This document shows, piece by piece, positions 37,606 through 46,368 of a DNA stretch of 64,000 bases. Source of the DNA: Candidatus Woesearchaeota archaeon (lineage in GTDB: Archaea; Nanobdellota; Nanobdellia; Woesearchaeales; UBA10216); NCBI GenBank assembly GCA_016211185.1, contig JACQST010000043.1, positions 1,489 to 65,488 on the forward strand, given 5' to 3'. The position numbers and the translations under genes are program-made. Position 1 is the first letter of the stretch, and each line of letters starts with the position of its first letter. The notes beneath the pieces were generated by a model, which was not told the DNA's origin, made no database searches, and saw only the letters and a list, made by a program, of their open reading frames with translations.

Positions 37606-38049
37606 TGGCTCTATGTCCTTGCTCCATGAGTCCCTGAGCTGGCTTATTACTGTGGCAACGTTTTTTTTCTCAGATATCCAGAATGCGAGTGCCTGTGCAA
37701 TGAATTCTGCATCTGCCTTCTCATCGTTGAGCATGTAGAGGAAGTCTGCCTGCCTCTTTGTGGACATCAGGCGCTTGTATGACTCGAACATTTCCTTTTT
37801 TTGTTCCTCCTCAAACACCCTGCTCTCGTAAAGCGAGTTTATGTCTGTGTCAGGGTGCAGAACCATCGACAGTATGTCGCAGGCTGCCTGTATCTTTTCA
37901 GCTATTTTCTCCCTGATTTCCCTGATTATGTTGCCGTTCTCATCTATTTTTGCTATGTCGAATTCGGTGTCTATTTCATTGAGTGATGGAAGCCTGTATG
38001 CTTTTTTCATGTCTTCGTATTTTTTTATCAAGGCTGGGTTCATATGCAA
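37579..38049 (-). CDS. Hypothetical protein (156 aa)
   Basis: Track ORF. Confidence 0.4.
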   Translation of the reverse strand: MHMNPALIKKYEDMKKAYRLPSLNEIDTEFDIAKIDENGNIIREIREKIAEKIQAACDILSMVLHPDTDINSLYESRVFEEEQKKEMFESYKRLMSTKRQADFLYMLNDEKADAEFIAQALAFWISEKKNVATVISQLRDSWSKDIEPSDRLAYLG

Positions 38050-38132
38050 AGTATTTTGGGTCTGTTTATATAGTTTTCCGCTGCTCGATAATATAATTCA
38101 GCGGGAAAAAACTGAACTGGTTTTTCCCAGCT

Positions 38133-38690
38133 TCATTGCATGGCTTTCAATGCCTGGCTGAGGATTGGCTCAAAGGCTAAGAGGATTGCGGCATTGAATA
38201 TGATGTTTGTTGCCGCATACACTGCAACGAAAGAAGGCCTGTCACCTGTCCATATGCTCACAGGTGCTGTGAGCGCGTGATATGCCGTTACAAGGACTAT
38301 GCCTTTTACAGCCAGGCTTGTGATGGGGATGCTTTGTGCAATTGCTGCAACAGCTGATATTCCGATGAGTGATATTAATGTCCGGTGGTCAAGTCTGCCT
38401 GTCCACAGCCTGCTCAGGAGCGTGGACGTAATTCCTACAATGATTCCCACGACTGCGTCGTATGCCAGTGCTGACAGTATGGTTGCGGGCTTTATCAGCT
38501 CGATGCTTATGGGGCCGTGGAAGTAGTTGTAGTAGAATGTTGACATGGAGGCAATGGCTATAAGTGCTGCGACCGCAAGAATTATCTTGAGTTTGTATCC
38601 TGCAATTAAGTACAGCAGGGCAAGGGCCGCTGCCAGGATAAGTGCGGTGCGGGAGAGGAATGGCTTGCGCATTCTTTCAGGGCTTTTCAT
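38133..38690 (-). CDS. Hypothetical membrane protein (185 aa); paralog of 36034..36585
   Basis: See the paralog entry. Confidence 0.55.
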   Translation of the reverse strand: MKSPERMRKPFLSRTALILAAALALLYLIAGYKLKIILAVAALIAIASMSTFYYNYFHGPISIELIKPATILSALAYDAVVGIIVGITSTLLSRLWTGRLDHRTLISLIGISAVAAIAQSIPITSLAVKGIVLVTAYHALTAPVSIWTGDRPSFVAVYAATNIIFNAAILLAFEPILSQALKAMQ

Positions 38691-38693
38691 AGC

Positions 38694-39371
38694 TTACTGC
38701 AACTCGTCAAGTATCACTGCTTTTCCCTTGACGCCTGCAATGAATCTTTTTTCTGCCTCTTGCGAGCTGTCGCCAAGCAGCCTGCGGTAGTGTATCGGGA
38801 TTGAGACTTCGGCTCGGATTGCGTTCGCGGCTGATATTGCCTCCTGTATGTCCATTGTGTATGTTCCGCCTATCGGCAGCATTGCCGCATCAAGCTTTCC
38901 AAGGTTGTTCATTTCCTGTATGTGGTCTGTGTCGCCTGCATGGTATATTGTTTTCCTGTTTGCATGGATTATGTAGCCCACCCAGTTGTTTGTCTTTGGG
39001 TGGAAGGATAGCCTTGATGGATGGATGTTGTATGCAGGGACTGTCCTGAACATGAACCCGTTATGCGAGTAGCTTTTGTTCGGTTCTACTGTTTCTGTAT
39101 TCATGCCGAGTTCCTGGCTGCATCCTTTGGGTGCGAATATCTTTGTTTCAGGTGTTGCTATTTTTGCGAGGTCCTGCCTGCTGCAGTGGTCGAAGTGTGC
39201 ATGAGTTATCAGGACGATGTCTGCTTTCTTTGCTGGCCTTCCCCTGAAGTCAAACGGGTCCACGTAGTAAACCCTTTGGCCTGTTGAGTCATCCTCCAGC
39301 ATTACTGTTGCGTGACCGAACCATGTCAGTTCGGATTTCAGTTGCCCTGCTATTTCAGTTGGGTTTCCCAT
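38694..39371 (-). CDS. Metallo-beta-lactamase-fold hydrolase
   Basis: ITHAHFDH motif and HAGDTD. Confidence 0.7.
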   Translation of the reverse strand: MGNPTEIAGQLKSELTWFGHATVMLEDDSTGQRVYYVDPFDFRGRPAKKADIVLITHAHFDHCSRQDLAKIATPETKIFAPKGCSQELGMNTETVEPNKSYSHNGFMFRTVPAYNIHPSRLSFHPKTNNWVGYIIHANRKTIYHAGDTDHIQEMNNLGKLDAAMLPIGGTYTMDIQEAISAANAIRAEVSIPIHYRRLLGDSSQEAEKRFIAGVKGKAVILDELQ

Positions 39372-39429
39372 ATATTAGAAAAAGTCTGGCTGGTTTATAA
39401 ATTTTTGGCGCCGATTCCAGAATCCATGA

Positions 39430-40077
39430 TCACATGCTTGCTATCATGACAGTGCCGTAGGCTATGCTCGTAAGGCCTATTATGCAGTTCATGACCTCCA
39501 TCACAACTGTTCTGTGGGCTTTTATTATGGGGTATGCAAGTGCTGTGCTGAACGCTATCATTCCGGCCGCTACACCAATGCTGAACATGGCTATCCCGAC
39601 TGCGGCACCGGCAAAGGTTGTTATGCCGAGCATAGCTGTTATCAGTATCAGCAATTCATCGTTGCTCGCCAGGCCGTGTATGATTCCTATGCCAAACATG
39701 TGCCTGTGGGTGTGGTCTTCCCTGTTTTTTTTCAGGTGGATATGAGTATGGCTGTGGACTGATTCTCTGTGGGTGTGGCTGTGTGCGTGGAATATTCTCA
39801 TCCTGTATAGGCTAAGCGCACCCAGTATTATCAGCATTACTGCAACTGCGAGCTCGAACCTTTCAAGGAAAACACTGAGGAATGCGTCCTTGAAAATAAA
39901 AAGTGCCGCTGTAATTATTGTAGCTGTGAGCATGTGCCCTACTGCCCAGCTTAGCGCTATCTTTGCGGCGTGCACTGTGCTCCTTGCCTTCACGAGGAAG
40001 TTGGATACTGCAAGCAGGTGGTCTGCATCAAAGCTGTGCTTCAGGCCAAGCAGCAGTGCCATTAGTGGTATGAACAT
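39430..40077 (-). CDS. Ni2+/Co2+ transporter of the NicO/RcnA type with a His-rich loop
   Basis: HSFDADHLLAVSN signature and a His-rich HAHSHTHRESVHSHTHIHL loop. The start was refined to MFIPLMALL; the upstream part of the track ORF is rejected as an extension. Confidence 0.65.
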   Translation of the reverse strand: MFIPLMALLLGLKHSFDADHLLAVSNFLVKARSTVHAAKIALSWAVGHMLTATIITAALFIFKDAFLSVFLERFELAVAVMLIILGALSLYRMRIFHAHSHTHRESVHSHTHIHLKKNREDHTHRHMFGIGIIHGLASNDELLILITAMLGITTFAGAAVGIAMFSIGVAAGMIAFSTALAYPIIKAHRTVVMEVMNCIIGLTSIAYGTVMIASM

Positions 40078-40422
40078 GCTGTTAGTTGAACTGATTGCGT
40101 ATTTAATCTTTTCCACTTTTTCACTTCGGCCGGGTCGCTGCAAAAGTTTTTTATAATGCGGCTTGTTCAGGACGGGTATGGGGTTTTTTGATGCTTTTTT
40201 GGGCTTGGTATTCAGGAGGGGAACCGGTCTTTTTAAGCTGGTTTTTGCGCTTGATGACCTTATCAGGCTTTTCACTATGTCGCTGGTGTTTTTTCTTGGA
40301 CTGAGCCTTCTGGGTGTGGGCAATCCCCTGCTGATGGCCGGCGTCATTTTTGGCTTAATTATAGATATCCACGACATCTTTGATGACATCCAGAGCGGGA
40401 AGCCTCTTGACCTCGGTTTTAA

Positions 40423-41100
40423 TTGAATCGAATTCTTGTAGGCTCTTCTTGTAGAAAGCATTATATATCCTGTCTCCGAAAAAAAGGCGTGGACTTCCGC
40501 GTGCCTGACATTGAAGCGCTGAGGGAGCGTTATGCAGAGATTGGTTCTCCTCTTGGATACAGCCCTTCTTATTTTACGTATTGCATGTTGTGGCAGATAC
40601 AGCTTGAGATGCAGCTTGGCGAGCCGCAAAAGCTGAGTGAACATCTTTCATATGGCCACATTGGTGATGCACTCAGGAAAGCGGGTTATGCCGGATATGA
40701 TGGTGACTCTTCAAGGACCCCTGCGATGGTTAAAAATGCCATAAGCGCTGCTTTCGCATACGGGCATCCGAACCCTGAGAAGTATATTTCTGACCGGTGG
40801 GGCTTATACTATCTGTTGGGTTTTGATTCTTCATATGGTGCGCTTGAAAAGTTCGTTACCGACGAAACACATTACATGATTGAAAGGGAAGGGCACTCAT
40901 GGAATGAATTACAGAGAAGGTTTGAAGGGCTTGGTGATTCTGACTACAGGAACGTGAGAGCCCGTGTCATAGATGCTGTTGTCCGGCTGGGGATAGACTA
41001 TTTCCATCCCGAGACGGGGCATAATGCTTTTAACAGGCTTGATGAGAACTTCAGGCGCCCTCTGGATAGCTGGATTTCTTCTGAGAAGGTTGCACTGTAG
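40423..41100 (+). CDS. Hypothetical protein
   Basis: Track ORF with no known domain; the start is uncertain. Confidence 0.4.
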   Translation: MNRILVGSSCRKHYISCLRKKGVDFRVPDIEALRERYAEIGSPLGYSPSYFTYCMLWQIQLEMQLGEPQKLSEHLSYGHIGDALRKAGYAGYDGDSSRTPAMVKNAISAAFAYGHPNPEKYISDRWGLYYLLGFDSSYGALEKFVTDETHYMIEREGHSWNELQRRFEGLGDSDYRNVRARVIDAVVRLGIDYFHPETGHNAFNRLDENFRRPLDSWISSEKVAL

Positions 41101-41169
41101 TTAGGCAGAAAGCTTTCTCAAAATAGAACTATGGAAGCGAGAAGGGGTTTTCCCTCCTTCTTATATGGA

Positions 41170-41253
41170 AGCCTCCGAGGGGAGTTGCACCCCCGACCTG
41201 CAGATTTCCTAATGGATACAAGTCTGCCGCAATAGCTACTATGCTACGGAGGC
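41170..41253 (-). tRNA. Putative tRNA-Thr(UGU) with an 11-nt intron at the canonical 37/38 position
   Basis: Minus strand GCCTCCG-TA-GCA..TGC-G-GCAGA-CTTGTA[TCCATTAGGAA]A-TCTGC-AGGTC-GGGGG-TGCAACT-CCCCT-CGGAGGC-T. The acceptor stem pairs perfectly; the anticodon is TGT. Confidence 0.5.
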
Positions 41254-41379
41254 GTTTCGTGGGATTTCGTGGAGCTTGCGAAGCAATGCTCCACTTAAAT
41301 AGTTTTGGTCCAGCTTTACTAAAAGATGGAGCTGGTATGCTACGGAGGCGTTTCGTGGGATTTCGTGGAGCTTGCGAAG
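41230..41379. repeat. Direct repeat of about 50 bp (2 mismatches) duplicating the 5' 24 nt of tRNA-Thr plus 30 nt of its leader
   Basis: AGCTacTATGCTACGGAGGCGTTTCGTGGGATTTCGTGGAGCTTGCGAAG at 41230..41283 and again, with gg in place of ac, at 41326..41379. Inside it TTTCGTGG is tandemly repeated, and a TTATATATAA TATA-like box lies just beyond the second copy. Confidence 0.55.
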
Positions 41380-41397
41380 AAATTCTGTTATATATAA

Positions 41398-43257
41398 TTA
41401 TTGTTGGGTGCTGCGCTTTACCAGCTCTGCTATTTTCTGGCCCGGGGCTTTTCCCCTGAGTTTCTCCATGGCCTTGCCTATTAGTGCGTTTGTAGGCATG
41501 CCCTTGTTCTGGCTGATTATCTCTTTTATTGCATTGTTCAGTTCATGCTCTGTGAGCTTTGCGTATTTCTTTGTGGCTTCCACTAATGGTTTCCCTTTTG
41601 CTTTTTCGAGGAGGATTTCGAACACTGCTTCCCGTGATATTGTGTCGTTGTTGAGGCTGTTGAGGACTTGTTCGTAGTCGTGGCTTGTGATGTCTGGCGT
41701 GATGCTGTATCTTCTTCTTATCTCTTTTTCTGTTGTTAGGAGTGTTGTGGCTATGAAGTATGGGTCGACTCTTGTATATTTCGCTGTGTATTGCTCGAAC
41801 TGTGCGAAGCTTGTTCTTGATATTTGTTGGGCTATGTCCTTGCTTAGCCCCATTTTTTCGTATTTGGCCTGCTTCTCAGTCATGAGTTCTGGTGCTTCTA
41901 TTCCTTCTGTTTCAGGGATTATCGGAGTTGTGTCTGTTTCCGGATACATGCGGGCAGAGCCGGGCATTGGTCTCAGGTATGTGGTTGTTCCATCTGGGTT
42001 TGCTTTTCTTACTTCGCTGGGCACGCCTTGGATGGCTTGGTGTGCCCGCCGGGTGATTGCCTTGATAGCTTTTTCGGCTTGTTCTTTGTTTGCAATTACT
42101 ATTATGAACGCGTCTTTTTGGGAGCACGAGAGCTTCCTTTTTATTTCGTCCACTTGTGGCTGTGTTATTCCGTGGGCTGGGAGCTCATCTGAGTGTATTG
42201 CTCCTCCTGCGCCTGTTGTGCGGGCATGCTCTGAGAATTCCTTGCCTAGTCTGCGGCCGGGCTGTATTTCTGTGCCTATTATTTCGGCGAATCCCTCTAG
42301 TTTTGTCGCCACGGCTTCTGAGCCTTTCTCGATTTGGCTTTTTACAAAGCCTGGCTCTGAGTTTTTTATTATTCCTGTTATGTCTGTTGCTTTGCCTGTT
42401 GCCTCTGCGCCTCTTTTTTTCAGTTCGGCTGATATTGAGAGCAGTTTTTTTTGTCTTTGAGCTTCTGTTTGAGCAAGTTTTGGCAGGAGCTTGAGTTCCT
42501 GTGCCCCTTTTATCTCGACTCGTGTTCCTCCTGCTATTGATACGTTTATGTCCTGCCTTATTGTTCCTATTCCTCGCTTGGCTTTTCCTGTGCTTCTCAG
42601 GACCATTCCTATGTGCTCAGCTACTTCCCTGGCCTGTTCCGGGCTCGTTATGTCTGGCCCTGTGGCTACCTCTATGAGTGGTATCCCGAGCCTGGATAGG
42701 CTGTATATTACTGAGTCCTGTGCTGTTTCTATTATCTTTGCGGATTCTTCTTCTATGCAGATTGTTGGTATTGTTATGTGCGTTTTTTTAGTGGTTATTT
42801 CTCCGTTTCTTGCTATCAGTGCGGTTCTCTGGAAGCCTGAGGTGTTGCTTCCGTCGACTACTGTTTTTCTCATGACGTAGGCCTTATCGACTGGTGTGGC
42901 TTTCAGGGCTTTTGCTGCCTGGAGTGCTGCCTGCAGCGATTCATGGCTTAGGTTGTGTATTGGTTCCTCGTCAAGCTCTACTGCGCATGTCGAGTTTCTG
43001 TAGGCATGGTATATGAATAGCCTGTCTCTCTGCATTTCATGCATTGCTGCGATGTCTATCTCGCCTTCTTCGCCTGCGGCAGCCCTCAGCCTTCTCGTGA
43101 CTATGAGGTCAGGCTGGGCATCTTCTGCTGTCTCCGGGTTGCAGCTGCAGAAGAGCTTCCCTATGTTTAGCTGCTGGTGGATTTCAAGGCCTATCCTGAT
43201 GCCTAGGCTCTCATTTTCTTGTGTATGCTGCATGCTCCATCCTTCTGTATCAGTCAA
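41398..43257 (-). CDS. gatE: Glu-tRNA(Gln) amidotransferase subunit E
   Basis: N-terminal GLEIHQQLN..KLFCSC and the archaeal GatE architecture (619 aa). Confidence 0.9.
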   Translation of the reverse strand: MTDTEGWSMQHTQENESLGIRIGLEIHQQLNIGKLFCSCNPETAEDAQPDLIVTRRLRAAAGEEGEIDIAAMHEMQRDRLFIYHAYRNSTCAVELDEEPIHNLSHESLQAALQAAKALKATPVDKAYVMRKTVVDGSNTSGFQRTALIARNGEITTKKTHITIPTICIEEESAKIIETAQDSVIYSLSRLGIPLIEVATGPDITSPEQAREVAEHIGMVLRSTGKAKRGIGTIRQDINVSIAGGTRVEIKGAQELKLLPKLAQTEAQRQKKLLSISAELKKRGAEATGKATDITGIIKNSEPGFVKSQIEKGSEAVATKLEGFAEIIGTEIQPGRRLGKEFSEHARTTGAGGAIHSDELPAHGITQPQVDEIKRKLSCSQKDAFIIVIANKEQAEKAIKAITRRAHQAIQGVPSEVRKANPDGTTTYLRPMPGSARMYPETDTTPIIPETEGIEAPELMTEKQAKYEKMGLSKDIAQQISRTSFAQFEQYTAKYTRVDPYFIATTLLTTEKEIRRRYSITPDITSHDYEQVLNSLNNDTISREAVFEILLEKAKGKPLVEATKKYAKLTEHELNNAIKEIISQNKGMPTNALIGKAMEKLRGKAPGQKIAELVKRSTQQ

Positions 43258-43371
43258 TCATTATTTTTGATATGTATAGATTGAACCTGTTTTGGGCCAA
43301 AAGGTGCTGGAAGAGGTCTCTTATCATTTGAGCAAATGTGCGGTCTTTGTTTTTGAAGTTTTTTGATTCAG

Positions 43372-44025
43372 CTATGCTGCTTGTCTGAGTTTATTGGACT
43401 TCAACTGTGATTCGAGTTGGTCGATATACCCCCTTATTGTTTCTTCACTGATTTTTAATTTTCTTATTGTGTTAGATTCCCTTACCATAAGGTCCACCAG
43501 TGCACTCCGGGCTGCAGATAGATTAGCAGGGTCTTTTTCTGCCAGCTTTTCGCTGCCAAGAATTTCTTTCAGTCTTATCAATAAGTTCCCTTGGACTTGT
43601 AGCGTTGTTAACAGGGCGTTTATCGCGTCAATCTCCTCGGTAAGTGTGGCAACCATGGAAGGTTCGTCAATAGCTGTTCCTGCGAGGCGTTGCTTGCTTT
43701 TGCTTCTTATCAGAGTCTGAAAGTCTGTATTTTGTCTTCCGAGTGTCTCAATTATCACTGTTACGACTTTAGCTGCTGCGCTCTTTGTTTTTCTTATTTC
43801 CTGTTCTTTTATTCTATTTACTGCGAAGTCACAGATATTTTTTAGGAGAGGCACGAGGCTGTCAGATATAACTGCGAATTTTCTTTCTTCAAGGAGAAAT
43901 TCTCTTGCAGTAATTATTACTGCTTCGCGCTCTAAGTTTACGATTTGCTTGACAAGTGTTGCCCAGTCCTCAATATTCTTTGGATGATGCTCTGACTCAA
44001 GCCTGTGAAGTATAGGGTCTGTCAT
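43372..44025 (-). CDS. Hypothetical protein (217 aa) located between gatD and gatE
   Basis: Track ORF; abuts the upstream gene with no gap. Confidence 0.45.
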   Translation of the reverse strand: MTDPILHRLESEHHPKNIEDWATLVKQIVNLEREAVIITAREFLLEERKFAVISDSLVPLLKNICDFAVNRIKEQEIRKTKSAAAKVVTVIIETLGRQNTDFQTLIRSKSKQRLAGTAIDEPSMVATLTEEIDAINALLTTLQVQGNLLIRLKEILGSEKLAEKDPANLSAARSALVDLMVRESNTIRKLKISEETIRGYIDQLESQLKSNKLRQAA

Positions 44026-44658
44026 TCAGTCTCTCACCAGTGTGTCTGCTGTGCATGCGCCTATGACTGCTGTGAGGGATACTGTGGCAACCTGCTTGTA
44101 GACTTCCGGGAATGATTCGCCGAATCCCGGGAAGAAAAGCAGGAGGACTGCTACTGATACCGTCATTGAGACTGCGTATAGGACCACCATTCTTATTGGC
44201 AGGTAGAACAGTGCGTTGCCTCCTTCCATTCTCCTGAACCCTGTTATGTAGAGGAATATTGTGCCCATTATGAATGACAGCACGTATATTATTGTTGCCC
44301 TCGTCATTGTTATTTGTTCTGCGACTTTGAGGCCGTAGAGGAATGTGTAGTGCAGCGTGGTTCCCACGAATGCGCCAAGGCTTCCCCTGAATATGTCCTT
44401 GACTGTTATTTTTGTGAGAGGGTGCTGCTTTACCTGTTCCCTGACTTCCTGCTCTATCTGCTCGAGTTTCTCGAGTTCTGTGAGCTGCTGCTTTTCAAGT
44501 GCCGCGACTTCGTCTTCCTTGCGTTCGGTTTCCTTTTCTTCAAGCTCTATTGTTTGCTCTTCATTCAGGAGTTCCTGCTGGCCTTCAAGGAGCTTGTCGA
44601 GTTTTTTGCTTATTGCAGAGTCTGGCTTGGTTTTTCCTGCCTTTTTTTGCTTTTTCAT
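44026..44658 (-). CDS. Hypothetical membrane protein with an N-terminal charged coiled-coil (210 aa)
   Basis: KKLDKLLEGQQELLNEEQTIELEEKE coiled-coil followed by 4 TM helices. Confidence 0.45.
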   Translation of the reverse strand: MKKQKKAGKTKPDSAISKKLDKLLEGQQELLNEEQTIELEEKETERKEDEVAALEKQQLTELEKLEQIEQEVREQVKQHPLTKITVKDIFRGSLGAFVGTTLHYTFLYGLKVAEQITMTRATIIYVLSFIMGTIFLYITGFRRMEGGNALFYLPIRMVVLYAVSMTVSVAVLLLFFPGFGESFPEVYKQVATVSLTAVIGACTADTLVRD

Positions 44659-44668
44659 GTCTATTGGT

Positions 44669-45988
44669 TTAGTTTAGGAACGAGTCTATCTCTGTCCTTT
44701 CGGCTATTTCGCCTCTTAAATCTTTCGTTATTAGCTGCCTTGTCTCTTCCTTGGTGTGGTTGCTGAGGAGCCATGCGAGCTTTATGAGTGCTGTTTCTGG
44801 CGTCATGTCGCTGAGGTGGCCAAGGACGCCTGCGTCAAGTAGCTTTCTTTGCGGGGAGTAGACCTTCATGTTTATTCTTCCGTAAACTGTCTGGGGTGCC
44901 ATCACGATTGTTGTTCCTTCCTTGATTAGCGTCTTTACGGCTCCATGTATCTTTGTGTGTTCTGTTGTGTGGTTGTCTGTTTGCTGGTTGGGTATGTGGC
45001 CGAGCCCTGTCCCTTCAATTATCAGCCCGTCATATCCCCTGTATGCAAGGAACTGGTCTGCGTGCATGTTGGGGTGTGTCTTGATTATTGCAACCTTTAT
45101 GTTTTCCCTGAGGAGAGTGACGCGGGGTTTTGACTGTTTTCTTTTTTTGTATGGCTGTGTCATGTAGGTTATTTTTTTCTGCTCGTAGTTTACCTCTGCT
45201 ATGGGTGTTGTGTTTATTGGCCTGAATGCGTCCCTTCTGCTGGTGTGCATTTTTCTTGTTTTTGTTGCAGGCAGTATCAGGCAGCTTGTGTCGTTCATTG
45301 TTTCGTGCATGCATATTGCGACTTCTGCAAGGTCTGTGTTTGCTATGAAGTAGGCTGCTGATATCAGGTTGAGGGCTGCGTCTGTGCTTCCCCTGTCCGA
45401 GCTTCTTTGCGCGCCTACCATTATGACTGGTATTGGGAGGTCCTGGAGCATGAATGCGAGTGCGGCAGATGTGTAGTGCATGGTGTCTGTTCCGTGCGTT
45501 AGTATTATCCCCTGTATGCCTCTCTGGGCCTCTTTTTCTATCTCGCGTGCCATTATGTTGTAGTGGGCAAACCTCATCATTTCTGACTGTGCCTGCATTA
45601 TCTGGCGGGAGGTTATTCTTGCTATGCTGTTCAGCTCGGGGAACATGTTGAGCATTTCTTGTGGTGTGAAGCCTGCTGTGACTCCTCCTGTTCTGTAATC
45701 AACTTTGGATGCGATTGTTCCTCCTGTGTGGAGTATGGATATTTCCGGCAGGTCTTTTTGCTGGGCGTGCTCATGGGCCTGTGCATGCTTGTGGGCTGCT
45801 TTTTCTAGAATTGTGAGCTGTTTTATGCTTTCTTTTTTTATGCCTATGTTGTAGCCGCTTTGGAGCTTGATTATGACTGTGTCCTGCTCGGTTTCCGGGC
45901 TCGGCACAAAGAAGCCCTTGATTTTTTCAGTCGGCGTTTCTGCCTCAACGATGTCGCCCGGCTGCGGGTTTGTGTCTTGCTTTGCCAT
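44669..45988 (-). CDS. gatD: Glu-tRNA(Gln) amidotransferase subunit D (asparaginase-like)
   Basis: ISILHTGGTIASKVDYRTGG asparaginase motif; 439 aa. Confidence 0.85.
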   Translation of the reverse strand: MAKQDTNPQPGDIVEAETPTEKIKGFFVPSPETEQDTVIIKLQSGYNIGIKKESIKQLTILEKAAHKHAQAHEHAQQKDLPEISILHTGGTIASKVDYRTGGVTAGFTPQEMLNMFPELNSIARITSRQIMQAQSEMMRFAHYNIMAREIEKEAQRGIQGIILTHGTDTMHYTSAALAFMLQDLPIPVIMVGAQRSSDRGSTDAALNLISAAYFIANTDLAEVAICMHETMNDTSCLILPATKTRKMHTSRRDAFRPINTTPIAEVNYEQKKITYMTQPYKKRKQSKPRVTLLRENIKVAIIKTHPNMHADQFLAYRGYDGLIIEGTGLGHIPNQQTDNHTTEHTKIHGAVKTLIKEGTTIVMAPQTVYGRINMKVYSPQRKLLDAGVLGHLSDMTPETALIKLAWLLSNHTKEETRQLITKDLRGEIAERTEIDSFLN

Positions 45989-45995
45989 TGTTTTG

Positions 45996-46346
45996 TTACT
46001 TCAGGGGGTCTGCTGCGAGCCTTAGCTTTTTCCCCGAGTGGATTATTCTTTCTGCGTTGTGCTTCAGGTCTGTTGCAAGCCTTTTCTGGACTGAAAGCAT
46101 GCCTTTTTCAGACTGGACAAGCTGCTGGAGTAGGTTCATCCTGTTTGTCTTATTCTGTATGGATTGCGCTTGGCGTATGCCGCTGTTTATTGAGTCGATT
46201 CTTGAGTGTATGTGTGTTATCTGGCTTGAGAGCGCCCTGTGGCGCTCGATAAGCGCCTTGAGCTTGTGGTATTCGGAGAGCAGCTCTGCGAGCTTCTGGT
46301 GAAGCCTCTCCTCTGTTTGCGGGGAGAAGAAGCTGAGTATTCCCAT
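45996..46346 (-). CDS. Hypothetical coiled-coil protein (116 aa)
   Basis: Track ORF between cdc48 and gatD. Confidence 0.4.
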   Translation of the reverse strand: MGILSFFSPQTEERLHQKLAELLSEYHKLKALIERHRALSSQITHIHSRIDSINSGIRQAQSIQNKTNRMNLLQQLVQSEKGMLSVQKRLATDLKHNAERIIHSGKKLRLAADPLK

Positions 46347-46368
46347 TTTTTCACCTCTTTTTTCAGTT

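Noticed and set aside
40078-40644. N-terminal 189-aa extension of the track ORF for the NicO-like transporter
   Set aside because: The extension is extremely basic, of low complexity and unlike the transporter. A good internal start (MFIPLMALL) gives a normal-length NicO protein.
41230-41379. Possible CRISPR array
   Set aside because: There are only two copies of a 50-bp unit, one overlapping a tRNA, with no regular spacing and no cas genes nearby. No CRISPR was found anywhere in the window.
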